A DNA stretch of 64,000 bases from Macrostomum lignano (Eukaryota), in assembly GCA_002269645.1 (NCBI GenBank), contig NIVC01000678.1, positions 12,725-76,724 on the forward strand. Direction: 5' to 3'. Both the position numbers and the translations under genes were made by a program. The notes under the pieces were generated by a model that did no database searches, was not told the DNA's origin, and worked only from the letters and a program-made list of their open reading frames with translations. Position 1 is the stretch's first letter, and each line of letters begins with the position of its first letter. This document shows, in pieces, positions 40,201 to 51,881 of the stretch.

Positions 40201-43200
40201 TGACGGGGCAGAGGCGGCCAGCCCAGGTCACCAGTTTCACGACCCAGCTCCTGGGGAATTATGGGAATTATTCGTATTGCAATTAATTGCTCGAAGCTTA
40301 GATGCCACCACTTTTAACATTTAGATGACAGCTGATTGAGGATTTCTTTGATGTAAGATCCCATCTACTGAGTGGATACTTACTGCGAATCTAAAATCCT
40401 ATTTTTTAGGATCCCACTACTTAAGATCCGACGATATCCGACGATATAAGATACTATCAGCTTAGGATCAGACAGATCTAAGATCCCATCAGTTTAGGAT
40501 CAAACAGATCTAAGATCCCATCAGTTTAGGATCAGACAGATCTAAGATCCCATCAGTTTAGGATCAAACAGATCTAAGATCCCATCAGTTTAGGATCAGA
40601 CAGATCTAAGATTCCATCAGCTTAGGATCAGACAGATCTAAGATCCCATCAGTTTAGGATCAAACAGATCTAAGATCCCATCAGTTTAGGATCCCACAGA
40701 TCTAAGATCCCATCAGCTTAGGATCAAACAGATCTAAGATTCCATCAGCTTACGATCAGACAGATCTAAGATCCCATCAGCTTAGGATCCCACAGATCTA
40801 AGATCCCATCAGCTTAGGATCAGACAGATCTAAGATCCCATCAGCTTAGGATCAGACAGATCTAAGATCCCATCAGCTTAGGATCAGACAGATCTAAGAT
40901 TCCATCAGCTTAGGATCCCACAGATCTAAGATCCCATCAGCTTAGGATCCCACAGATCTAAGATCCCATCAGCTTAGGATCAGACAGATCTAAGATTCCA
41001 TCAGCTTAGGATCCCACAGATCTAAGATTCCATCAGCTTAGGATCCCACAGATCTAAGATCCCATCAGCTTAGGATCCCACAGATCTAAGATCCCATCAG
41101 CTTAGGATCCCACAGATCTAAGATCCCATCAGCTTTCCCATCAGCTTAGGATCCCACAGATCAAAGATCCCATCAGCTTAGGATCCCACAGATCTAAGAT
41201 CCCATCAGCTTAGGATCCCACAGATCTAAGATCCCATCAGCTTAGGATCCCACAGATCTAAGATCCCATCAGCTTAGGATCCCACAGATCTAAGATCCCA
41301 TCAGCTTAGGATCCCACAGATCTAAGATCCCATCAGCTTAGGATCCCACAGATCTAAGATCCCATCAGCTTAGGATCCCACAGATCAAAGATCCCATCAG
41401 CTTAGGATCTCACAGATTTAAGATCCCATCAGCTTAAGACCCGCTACTAGAGGACCCAGCCATGGAAAATCCCATTGCAAAGAAGTGTAATCAAAGCAGC
41501 ACTGACCGCTCTAGCTTTGCGCTGAATTTTTTCATAGAACAAATCCGTCAGATCCCGCATAAAGTGAGGCTTTGGCATGTACTGCACAGCCTGTATAGAG
41601 GCCAGCATCACAGCCTGGCTGAGCAGAAACTGTACAGTCTCCTCTTCATCAAGCGCAATCACCAGCGGATAGATGGTCCGCCTAGCGGTTCTCTCGTCTC
41701 TGACTTTCAACTGACGCCGACGCTCCGGCACCAGGCGGCGCAGCTCGCGCAGCCAGTGGTCGCGCACCGCGGCGGCCTCTTTGGCTGCCTGACGCCGAGC
41801 CGCAGGCGTCACGGCCGGCAGAGGCTCTGAGACGCAAACGATGGACACAGCGGGTTCGGACTGCTCCAGCTGTGAGGTAGGAATGATTTATTTCAATATA
41901 TAAGGGGTTGCAGCCTAGTGGTTAAAGCGTCGGACTCGCGACTGAAAGGTCGGGGGTTCGATTCTAGACTCACTTAGAACAATTGTGTCCATGAGCAAAA
42001 GACACTTAACTCTGCATTGCTTCAGTTCACCCAGCTGTAAAATGGGTGCCAGCATTAGTTGGGGTAATTGACGGTGTGTGTGGCGACCCCCCCCCCCAGT
42101 CCTGAGCTGTCGGTTGCTTATCTGCCTATCAGGGCAGGTGTAATCAATTAATTTTATAGTATCGGAATAATAAACCAATCAGACTACTTTGCAGTTAGTG
42201 TTAATCAGTAGTGCTGGAGACATTTTCTCATTTATTCTGATTAATATGACAGCTAACAAAAGTCATGTTAACCTGCTCAGAAACTGGTCCTGGCCGGTAA
42301 CACTTGCAGAGGCCCACAGCCTACAGAAAGAACTTACAGACAACTGAAGCGCTCGGTCCCCAGCGCTGTTGTCCTCGGGAGCAACAGACTCCGATTGCTG
42401 CTTTGTCGATAAAAGCGAAGGAAGCCCAGCCAAGCGCAGACCAGCCATCAGCTCAGCATCCTGAGCTTCATCCGATAATTGATTTTGCCAATTGGAATCG
42501 GCCGCCAATCTTACTGTTAATTCGGCAACCTCGGCGCTGTTTAATCTGCCGGCTGCGCGTAGGCCGAGCGCCACCGCGCCTGCGCTCAACTGCTGACCAT
42601 CGCGAGCGGCGCCGGCCAAGGTGGACAGGCTGGCCGAGAGGGTGGGCCGGTGCAGCAGGATGGCGGCCGGGATCTGCGAGGGTAAAGTGCGGTAGACCGG
42701 CATGTAAGAGCAGTCCTGGGGACGCTTCTGAGTGGCGGTTGACTCTAAACGTGTAGGGTCTGGAGACAAGATTCTCAATGGTAGTCTAGGGGCGATTCTC
42801 AATGGTTGTCTAGGTTCGATTCTCAATGGTAGTCTAGGGGCGATTCTCAATGGTAGTCTAGGGGCGATTCTCAAGGGTAGTCTATGGGCTATTCTCAATG
42901 GTAGTCTAGGGCGAGTCTCGATGGTAGTCTTTGGGCGATTCTCAAGGGTAGTCTATGGGCTATTCTCAATGGTAGTCTAGGGCGAGTCTCGATGGTAGTC
43001 TTTGGGCGATTCTCAAGGGTAGTCTATGGGCTATTCTCAATGGTAGTCTAGGGGCGATTCTCAATGGTAGTCTAGGGCGAGTCTCGATGGTAGTTTTTGG
43101 GCGATTCTCAAGGGTAGTCTAGGGCGAGTCTCGATGGTAGTCTTTGGGCGATTATCAAGGGTAGTCTAGGGGCGATTCTCAATGGTAGTCAAGGGCGATT

Positions 43201-44565
43201 CTCAGTGTTAGTCTAGGGGCGATTCTCAATGGTGGTCTAGGGGCGATTCTCAATTGTAACCTAGGGGCGATTCTCAAAGGTAGTCTAGGGATGATTTGAA
43301 GGGTAGTTCAGTGCTTTTAGCGCCCTAGAAACGTCGGTTTCTAGACCAGCACAGGAACTAGCAGATCATTCAATAATTTTTACCTGTTCGTCCAGCACAA
43401 CCGCCCCGGACCACAGGCTGGCCAAGCTGCCAAACCTGGCCCGTTGCTCAGCCAAATAAGCCGCCGCTTTGTCATGCTCGCCTCGCAGACACAGGCACAG
43501 CAGCCAGGCCGCCAGCTCTTCATTATATCTATCGGATTTTTGAATAAAGGCCAGGCCAATGTTGGGCGCGAACTGGGCCGGGTCCGGCCGCTGACGGGGC
43601 GGCGGCACCCGAGCTTGGAGCAGCTCGACGGCCCGTCTACAACGCCGGCGTAGATTGGCATCGAGCCAGAGCAGCTCGGACATCTGGCTGAGCTGCTGGA
43701 CGAGTACAACGGCCAGAGTGCGAGGACAGCGCACATTTTCTAGCCGCTGGGCCCAGTCAAAAACTGCCGCAATCTCCTTGGCTGACGCTTTTGCTTTCGC
43801 TTGGCTAGCAACGGGCGGCGATTTCGACTGCCCGCTCTGACGATGATCGTCGCCTGCTTCGCCTGTCGAGCGTCGACGCCTGGCAACAGAGGCGGCGGGC
43901 GCAAGCGCCGCTGTGCTCCGCTGTTGCCGGGCCGCAAAGCCTGCGAGATTAGTGAATTGGTGGTTTTGTAAGAAATATTCATTATTAAAACAACAAAAAT
44001 GGCTCTATCTTACTGTTAGTAGACCAAAGGGATATTAAATGACAGTAAATTAAAAAACATTGACATAGACATAGACAGTAATTCTAAGCATTGTGTACGG
44101 GTTTTATGCTGTGCAGACAGGATTTTCTGTTGGTCTAGAGGCGATTCTTAAGGATAGTCTAAGGGTGATTATCAAGGATAGTCTAACGGTGATTCTCAAG
44201 GATAATCTAGGGGCGATTCTCAAGGATAGTCTATGGGCGATTCTCAAGGATAGTCTAGGAGTGATTCTCAAGGAAAGTCTAATGGTGATTCTCAAGGATA
44301 GTCTAACGGTGATTCTTAAGTATAGTATTAGAGTGATTCTGAAAGGTAGTCTAGGGGCGATTCTGAAAGGTAGTCTAGGGGCGATTCTGAAAAGTAGTCT
44401 AGGGGCGATTCTGAAAGGTAGTCTAGGGGCGATTCTGAAAGGTAGTCTAGGGGCGATTCTGAAAGGTAGTCTAGGGGCGATTCCAAGCTACAAACGGCAA
44501 AACTTACAGTGCCGACAAATATGTTGTGTCTCTGATAAGGCAAAAATGCGAAGCAGCGGCAACAT
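37212..44565 (-). CDS. POLRMT: Mitochondrial DNA-directed RNA polymerase (T7-like), ~1074 aa, 7 exons
   Basis: Exons 44565-44508, 43940-43384, ~42673-42338 (acceptor uncertain), 41869-41507, 40250-39876, 39056-38755, 38445-37212, all phase-consistent. Motifs HNMDFR|GRAYP, HQDGSCNGLQHYAA, RRTIKQSVMTTVYG, FPPNFVHSLD, AVHDCFW. Confidence 0.95.
38465..38640 (+). repeat. 38-bp intronic minisatellite TTTCGATACATATCGGCTTTTTGTGCAGTTTTGTATTT
   Basis: About 4-5 copies in the last POLRMT intron. Confidence 0.9.
39230..39720 (+). repeat. 26-bp intronic minisatellite GGATTCTGGGATGATGCAGATTTAAA
   Basis: Direct reading; degenerate at both ends. Confidence 0.92.
40400..41440 (+). repeat. 32-bp GATC-rich intronic minisatellite GATCTAAGATCCCATCAGCTTAGGATCCCACA
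   Basis: Direct reading. Confidence 0.96.
41903..42140 (+). mobile_element. tRNA-derived CORE-type SINE, antisense in a POLRMT intron
   Basis: A-box-like TAGTGGTTAAAG and B-box GGTTCGATTC. Then TGTGTCCATGAGCAAAAGACACTTAAC..CAGCTGTAAAATGGG, which resembles the CORE domain. Confidence 0.8.
42765..43305 (+). repeat. 24-bp intronic minisatellite GATTCTCAATGGTAGTCTAGGGGC (POLRMT intron 2)
   Basis: Direct reading. Confidence 0.93.
44130..44482 (+). repeat. 24-bp intronic minisatellite GATTCT(C/G)AA(G/A)G(A/G)TAGTCTAGGGGC (POLRMT intron 1)
   Basis: Same family as the intron 2 array. Confidence 0.93.
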
Positions 44566-47500
44566 TCCTGAAATTTGTATTTTAAATCAAGTATTGCATT
44601 GTCGTTAGGAAATTATTAATGATTTTATAATTTCAGGAATTCCAGCCATCCATCTTTAAATGGGCTTAATAAGCAATTTTACATTTTCCAAAAAATGTTG
44701 CATTGATGCAAAACAGTCAATAAGCTTTATCCTATGTGAACATTTAGTGCTTTGTGACTAGGAATTAATCTAGTGATATAAGGTTTTGGTAGATAGAGCA
44801 TAAACCTAAGTTTTTTATCATCAAGATGACAGTCTCATTTGGCACCCTAGGTCTAGTCTAAACTTAGGATGCTAAATTGAAAACAGGAATTCTAGCTGGC
44901 ATCAATAGCAAATTCAAAGTCAAATAAAATGCCTAAGTCTAGCTTATCATTAAAATTTACATTTCCAAGATTCTCTAATGTACATAGGTTCAAAAAATCT
45001 AGACACCAGGTTTATAGAATCAAGGTTGAAAATCAATACACAAAAAGTCTTTAAACCCCAAGGATCCTAGCAATCCAAGAAGCTAAAGCACCTTTCAAGC
45101 TTACCACAAAAAAGACTATATGGCCAGAGGAAAATATGCAAAAAATGAAAAAAACCAGTAGAATTGCTTTGAATTCAAGCTGGTAATATTGGTATTTTTA
45201 AAATAATGTTTTATAACTAATTGGCCAAAAATGTGCTGCATACACCAAGGACTTCCATAGGCACTATGATTTTTATACCAGAGGTTAGCAAACTTTTTGC
45301 TTTGTAGTCTAAATACAAAACCTAGCATATGATTGTAGGCCAATAGAGAAAAGAGAGGAAGAAATAGAGAAGGGAGTAAAGATAGGAAAAGAAAAAAGAG
45401 AAAATAAAATAAAGAGGAGACACAAAAAGAGGAAGGATAAAATAAAAAGGGGAAAGTAGAAGAGAAAGGAAAGAAGATTTCTTAATATAGGCCTATATAA
45501 TTTTTGTGGTAAAGCCTATAAAGGCTAGGGCAAATTGAAAAAGTTTATGAGAAAGGGAAGAAGGACCAAGCTATACTAAATACTATAATCCAATATTATA
45601 GAAAATAGACCTTACATAGTTATATAGACCTTACATAGACCTTATCTAATTTTTTGCCTTAGCTAAAGGGGGGGGGGCAATAGCCTCCTGCCCCCCTTAG
45701 CCTAGATCTGCCTTTGGCAAGGACTACTTCTTAAGTATGGATATTTTTATATGTTGAATAGCTTGAAGCTGCAGATCTACTAAATCTATTCATTCATCTG
45801 ATATATTTCTTTATCTTTTCTAAAGTTACTATTATAATTTTGCTTTGTGCATCCTTGTTTAATGTTAACCTACCATAAACTTGAAAATTTGGCCATTAGA
45901 CTATTAGGCTAGTAGATAATAAAATACTTAATAGTCATTATCTAGATAAACTCAAATATAAAAATAATTACACAAAGCAAATTGCAAGATTGCCAAATAA
46001 GAAAAGTGGTTAACATGACAATAGCACTGTTAAAAAGCATGATTTAAAAAAATTAATGGCACAACATTTAATAGAAGATAAGAAACATATATAGATCTTA
46101 GGTTTTTTATGTGTAGAATGTGTGTACTTTAAATTTTAAAATTGCACTTTGAAATTGGGCATAAGTTAGGATTTCATACCTTGTCTGAGGCAAAAACCCA
46201 ATATATATGCAAAATGCAAGCTATGCAACATGTTTAGTATATAGATAGATCCTAGTCAAATTATCAACTGGCATTTTGTTACTGGGAAGCCATTGCTCTT
46301 ATGTCACTTTGTTGACTAGCCAATTAGTAGACCTCATAAATATGGTCACTTTATCAATTGCCAAACTATAATAGTTTGAAATAGTATAATGGGTTACACT
46401 GAATTCATCAACATCTAAGTTGTCAACAAATCTAAAATCCTAGAAATTGAAGGAAATTGAATTCATCAACAGTTAAAACAAGCTGAGCAAATTCATCAAC
46501 AACAAGACAAGACTTTTCCTAAAGTTGTTCTTTAATGCAATAACTGTAAATTTCTATAATTTAATGAGCAAAATGTTGCCAAAGACTTCAACAAGACGAA
46601 CTTGAGTGCACATTCTAAATGCTATTATGCATACACAACTCAAAATTTAATGAATTGGGCAATCAATGCTATGTACATAATTACTACCTTCTACATAGTT
46701 GTATATTCAGATGCAAATATATCAAGAGCTAGTCTATTGGGTGTTTTGTGCTGCATATGCTTTATTGCATCTTTAAAGTCACTTTAATTCAAGTTTTATA
46801 CCAAGTTTGTTGATTTCCTTAACCATTACCAAAGGTTTTGTTTGAGTATGACTTCAGATTTCTAAATTTATGCAAAAATAGTTCTCTGGATTTATTGCAA
46901 TTCAGTGGGTTTAAGATCTGCAGGTTTTAACAGGTTGTAAAAAAATATATATCAAATAAAAACCATTCACTTTTGTTATCTTATATGTACAAGTATCTTC
47001 TCAATATGCTTTTGTCTTTCATTTTTTTGCATATAGTAAAAAATATATACTAGCTACATGGTCAATAGTATATTGTCAGGTAACCAAATTTGTCAAACAG
47101 TGCATGATAAGGTAGACCGAATTGGTCAATAGAGTTGACAAATTAGATGTTGACAAATTTGGTGGCACCCAATATAATAATCACTTTGTCAACTATTCAT
47201 TATGTAAACATATATGTAATGCAATATTATATATATATATATATTAATGGCTATCTATGCCAAGAATTTTTCTATTAAACTCTGATATGAATGAAGCAAG
47301 TGAAGCAAGCAAGTGAGTTAATTTTGAAGTGCAATATACTACATTGACATATTGTTTTCAAATTGTATATGTTTAAATTTTCTTAAATTGACTTGAATTG
47401 ACTTATATTACAACAAAAAATATTTTAAAAAGAATAATAAATAATTATAAATAATTAATTAACCTAGCACTAAATATTGACCTTCCTTCAATTAAAAAAT

Positions 47501-47623
47501 TACTAAAAAAACTTTTATATAAAGCTTAATTCTCTAAACATATTTGGTACCAAAGACAAAGTAGGCCTAACTATAACTAAAAACAAGGTCACTTTGTCAA
47601 TTGCAAAAACTGCTAACATAACC

Positions 47624-48610
47624 GGCAATCCTACAGTTTTCCGCTTTTAATTATTTTTTGGCTTTTTTCTTGATTTCAGCTAAGCTGCAATGGCCGGTCG
47701 TCCATCTGCACCAACGATAGTCATTTCACCTGCAGAAATTGAACCTGCCGATGCATTGGCTGCCCTGGATATCAGTTATCGGGAGCTGGTACTGGAGATA
47801 CGGTCTGTGTAAACATCGCAATAGACGCAACAGACTGCAACAGGACCGCAACGGACCTCAAGAAACTGCTACAGACTTTAGGGTCTACCTAAAACACGCC
47901 CCGCACCGCCCCGAACCGCTACACATTATAACATTTTTTGTCAATGCAGTATTTGATTGCAAAGAAAACTATTTGTTGTAAGAGTAATGGAATAAATATC
48001 TTTAATTATTATTATAAATATTGTCATAATTTTTTATATTCTCGTTTTCATTATTAAATTATATTATTATTATTTTATTAATATTATTATTAATATCACT
48101 TATTATTCACCGAATTTTATATTTCAAATTAAAGAAACTAAATTTAATAAAAACTTTAAAGCTTAACAGAAAACGCATTTTTTAGTGTCTTCAGTTATAG
48201 TCCAATTTGTTTTAATGTGTAGCGCTGCAGGGCGGTGCGGGGCGTGTTTTAGGGAGACCCAGACTTTAAACGAAGTAAAATCGTACCTACAAGTATAATA
48301 AATTAGATTTCTGCCTAGCATTAGCTGGTAGATCGTTTTTATATTTATTACTTTGGTATTTTTTCATTCTGCATGTATTTTAATACATGTACCTCCATAT
48401 GTACCTCCAAGAGTTTTTATGGCGCCGGCTGTTCCAAGAGTGTCAATTCGGGAACATGTTGTATTGGATACGCCATTATTATCCATGTAAACTGTTGTGA
48501 CCATCATGAGTGACTATTATATAAGTTTATTGTAATTTCTTATTCCTGCTATGTCGTAATTTTTCAAAAAAGCCGAAAAATAATTAAAAGCGGAAAACTG
48601 TAGGATTGCC
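47624..48610. mobile_element. Non-autonomous TIR element (987 bp), GG termini, 8-bp TSD; Merlin-like
   Basis: ~44-bp TIR GGCAATCCTACAGTTTTCCGCTTTTAATTATTTTT(T/C)GGCTTTTT at both ends. TSD ACATAACC at 47616-47623 and 48611-48618. Confidence 0.88.
47881..48260. mobile_element. Nested MITE (380 bp), GG termini, 8-bp TSD; Merlin-like
   Basis: 31-bp TIR GGGTCT(A/C)CCTAAAACACGCCCCGCACCGCCC. TSD AGACTTTA at 47873-47880 and 48261-48268. AT-rich interior. Confidence 0.9.
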
Positions 48611-49830
48611 ACATAACCAAATAGGGCCTAGTCACTTTATCAAAGTAAATGGTTAACAAAGTGACTAGTACCTTAGCATATAGCCATAACTATTTAAAAC
48701 ATATTTGTAAGAGTTTCTATAGTGCAATAAATTCTTCCCTATGCCCTTACCACTATATGCAATTTGTGATCGCGCTCAGAGACAAAAAATCTTTCGTAAG
48801 TTTATTGTACAAATAATATATTTTTTGCGTAGAAGTTACACAAACTTCAAAATTACCCGGATGAAAATGTTACTGTATGAAATATCGTTATGGAAGACTG
48901 ATAGTAATCAGGAAAAGGATGACTTATGAAGTTAGAGAAGTAGCGGATTTAGAAGGCGGCACAAAAGGCGTCTCTATTGAGTTTGATATTTTTTCTATGG
49001 GTATAACCACATTATGGAAAAATCAATGGAGTAATCCAAACGCAAAGTATACCTTTTTAGAATTCTGCACTGTTCAAACTGGATCCGTGCCTGGACGTGT
49101 GCTAATTCTTTTAAAAGACCTCGATCAACATGTATTCCAATTTAGCTGCCTCGATAGACTTGTATCAAATTAAGGAGGGATCAAAGTTGAAAGCATCTGC
49201 ACTGTGGTGGAAATACAATATTCCATCATTGTACATATGTATGTTGTAGTACAGTACAACGCATGCAGTACAATTCGTAACGCGTATGCATGCTAATTTT
49301 TCGTTAGCCTCTGTACATTATTACGAGTCAGTATGCAGTAAAGCGTTCCTATAGAGCCAGCTACACCTAAAAGGACTTGCTTTCACAAATTTCTTGCCAT
49401 AGTTCTTGTATTTCAGAGAGCAGATGAAAGAGGATGTGAACTTAATAATGATAGCACTTTTATAATGATAATCACAGTATTATTAACACACTCAGCGTCG
49501 GCCACGCAAATGTACATGCAGTGCACATATGGGTGCGGGATTCAGATTGCGTAATCGATACTTAAATGCTCGTTGCCCAGCAAAAAGAAAGTTCAAGGTG
49601 TCAGGGGGCAATAAAAAGTGAAGAACACTCATTATAAAATGATATTGGCTAGCCAAGAATTACTTCGGCCCTCGATATAATGAGGATTTCAATATTAGGT
49701 CCATAAGATTTAGGCATATGATTACAAAGGCACAGCACCCTCGGCATCTCTGTCAGCCTATCTTGCCTACTAATGTATAATCCCATCAGTACTCGAAATA
49801 TGGCCCGTAAAAAATCATCAACGCAAGAGG

Positions 49831-50127
49831 GATGCGGTTTTCAACGATTCTTTTCTCATTGTCGGTCCAGTAGAGAGATCCGATAGAGAAACCGGCTCAA
49901 TCGGCCACCGCTTCCATTTCAGAGCCTTAAGTTCACATGAAATCCCCGTTTTCCCCATTTATCCCATTCAGGGAGACCAAATGATAGAGAGATGCGGTTT
50001 TCGACGATTCTTCTCTCATTGTCGGTCCAGTAGAGAGATCCGATAGAGAAACCGGCTCAATCGGCCACCGCTTCCATTTCAGAGCCTTAAGTTCACATGA
50101 AATCCCCATTTTCCCCATTTATCCCAT
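49831..50127 (+). repeat. 137-bp tandem duplication (period 160 bp)
   Basis: GATGCGGTTTTC..TTATCCCAT at 49831-49967 and 49991-50127 with few substitutions. Confidence 0.93.
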
Positions 50128-51057
50128 GCGGAAGCGGCCGGGAAGCTATGAGTAAAAATGAGTTTTGCCTTTATGGAAGGATCAAGGATATCATGCAAGG
50201 TTCATGAATCTGTAAATCCTGCATTATTTCAGTACGAGTGACCCGATCGTTATAGCAAAATATATATACAAACCCAATATACCTTGACTAATTGCATGTG
50301 CTTTTTGTCCCCATAAAATGTCATGTAACAATTTTTCGACAGTTTGATCGTGCTCAAGCCTCGATATATATACAATACAAGGATCACTGCCTCGATATTT
50401 AGAGGAAACGTGCATTCAAAATTTCTGAAAATCCAACTTTTAGGTTGTAAAAACCACCTGACGCTACAGAATCGAGAACTTATAGGTGCCACAATAAGAG
50501 AAGCAAAGAAAAATAGAAAAAGCAAATATAGCTAGGGCAGTGATCAGAAAAAGAACGGCCAAGGGCCACACATACAGAGGTGCTTTCACTGTATAACACT
50601 ATATAACGAGAGTGCAGACATCAAAGTCATGAAGCGCGTAGGGCACATGTTACAAACGGCATCATTGTTTGGTTTAAATTCATGAATTGAAATTGGAGAA
50701 GAAAGTATACTGAATAATGTATGTACTTTAATGTACTCATACATACATGGCCACATGTATGCGTACAACAAATATACCATTTTATTTGATCTGTGGCGCA
50801 TCAAAAATGCACGCACACGTACAGTACATGTATATGTTACATTACAAGCTAAGTACACAGAAACAGGACAGAATCAGATTATTTTTGCTGATTATATTGT
50901 AAAATCATAATAAAAAGCAAAAGCTCGAATCAGCCTTTCACGGGTAGATATCACAGGCGATTGCTGATAATTTTCGTTGAATGAATTTACCGCATGCCCA
51001 AGCCTTACATAAAGACTGCATGAAAGTAATCCCGTCTCCATGGTTGCTCCAGCTTAT

Positions 51058-51881
51058 TTACTCAGATTTTGGGTCATCTCCATCAACAACTTGGCGCCTC
51101 CGCTTGTTGTACAGCTCGTAGACAACAACAATGACCAGAATGGCGACAATTTCGCAGCCAATCGCCACGAGCGGAGTCAGGAAGCTCAGCGGACTCTTCA
51201 CCCGCAGGAACAGCCTGGCGGTGTTCTCTCCGTACCTGTTTTTGGACGCGCAGGTGATGTAACCCCTGTCGGCTTCGTAGCTGACAGAGCTCAGGTAGAG
51301 CGTATTGTTATTTGTCAAATTGAACGCCGGGTCTACAGACTTCGCCAGCGAATGTCGCCCATCGGGTTGCCTTCGACCAGGCACAGTATTGCCACGCTTT
51401 CTCCGGGCCACATCGCCACGTCGTACTCGTTCGCCCCGTCCACCTTCATCGTCAGGAGCGGCGCGGACAAGAATCGGCCAGTGGCGGAAGCCGTCTGGTT
51501 GACAATGCAGACAAAGTTAGTGATGTCAGACTTGACCGGGTAGTTGATGTTGAGCACCGAGGTACCAGAGAGGCCATTGTCAGCCAGTTTTGTGTCAACG
51601 GTGATTCTGGCGTCAACGGTTGCGCTGGAGTTGGAGTTTTCCAAACGCCAGAAGAAACTACTCGGGCTCAGCACCCCAGAGCTGCTGGCCCTGCAGGTAA
51701 TGGCCAGACGTTTCAGCTTGCCAAGGGTGTACCTCTCGCCTGTTGAACTGCCAGAGTCTTTAAGACTCACCGAAACGTCGTCTACAGTAACATTGATGTG
51801 CTGAGCGGACACCACAGCAGCCAGCAGGAGCTGCAGGACAGCGGCAGCAATCGGGCTCTGGCAGGCGAACATTATCGACAT
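51058..51881 (-). CDS. Basigin/neuroplastin-like two-Ig-domain type I membrane protein; intronless, with a 1-nt frameshift near 51342
   Basis: Signal peptide; Ig1 (ITC..FFW..FVC); Ig2 (ILC..GNP..W | ..YITC..N.YG); TM LTPLVAIGCEIVAILVIVVVYE with the intramembrane Glu typical of the basigin family, then KRRR. Split across ORFs 51333-52031 and 51058-51411. Confidence 0.8.

Noticed and set aside
41903-41975. Possible tRNA gene
   Set aside because: The acceptor stem does not pair and the sequence continues into a CORE-like body; called a SINE.
42273-42759. Alternative POLRMT exon 3 ends (acceptor 42759, donor 42273)
   Set aside because: Phases (1 and 2) do not match the phase-0 neighbours; the GTAAGT donor at 42338 and a phase-0 acceptor fit.
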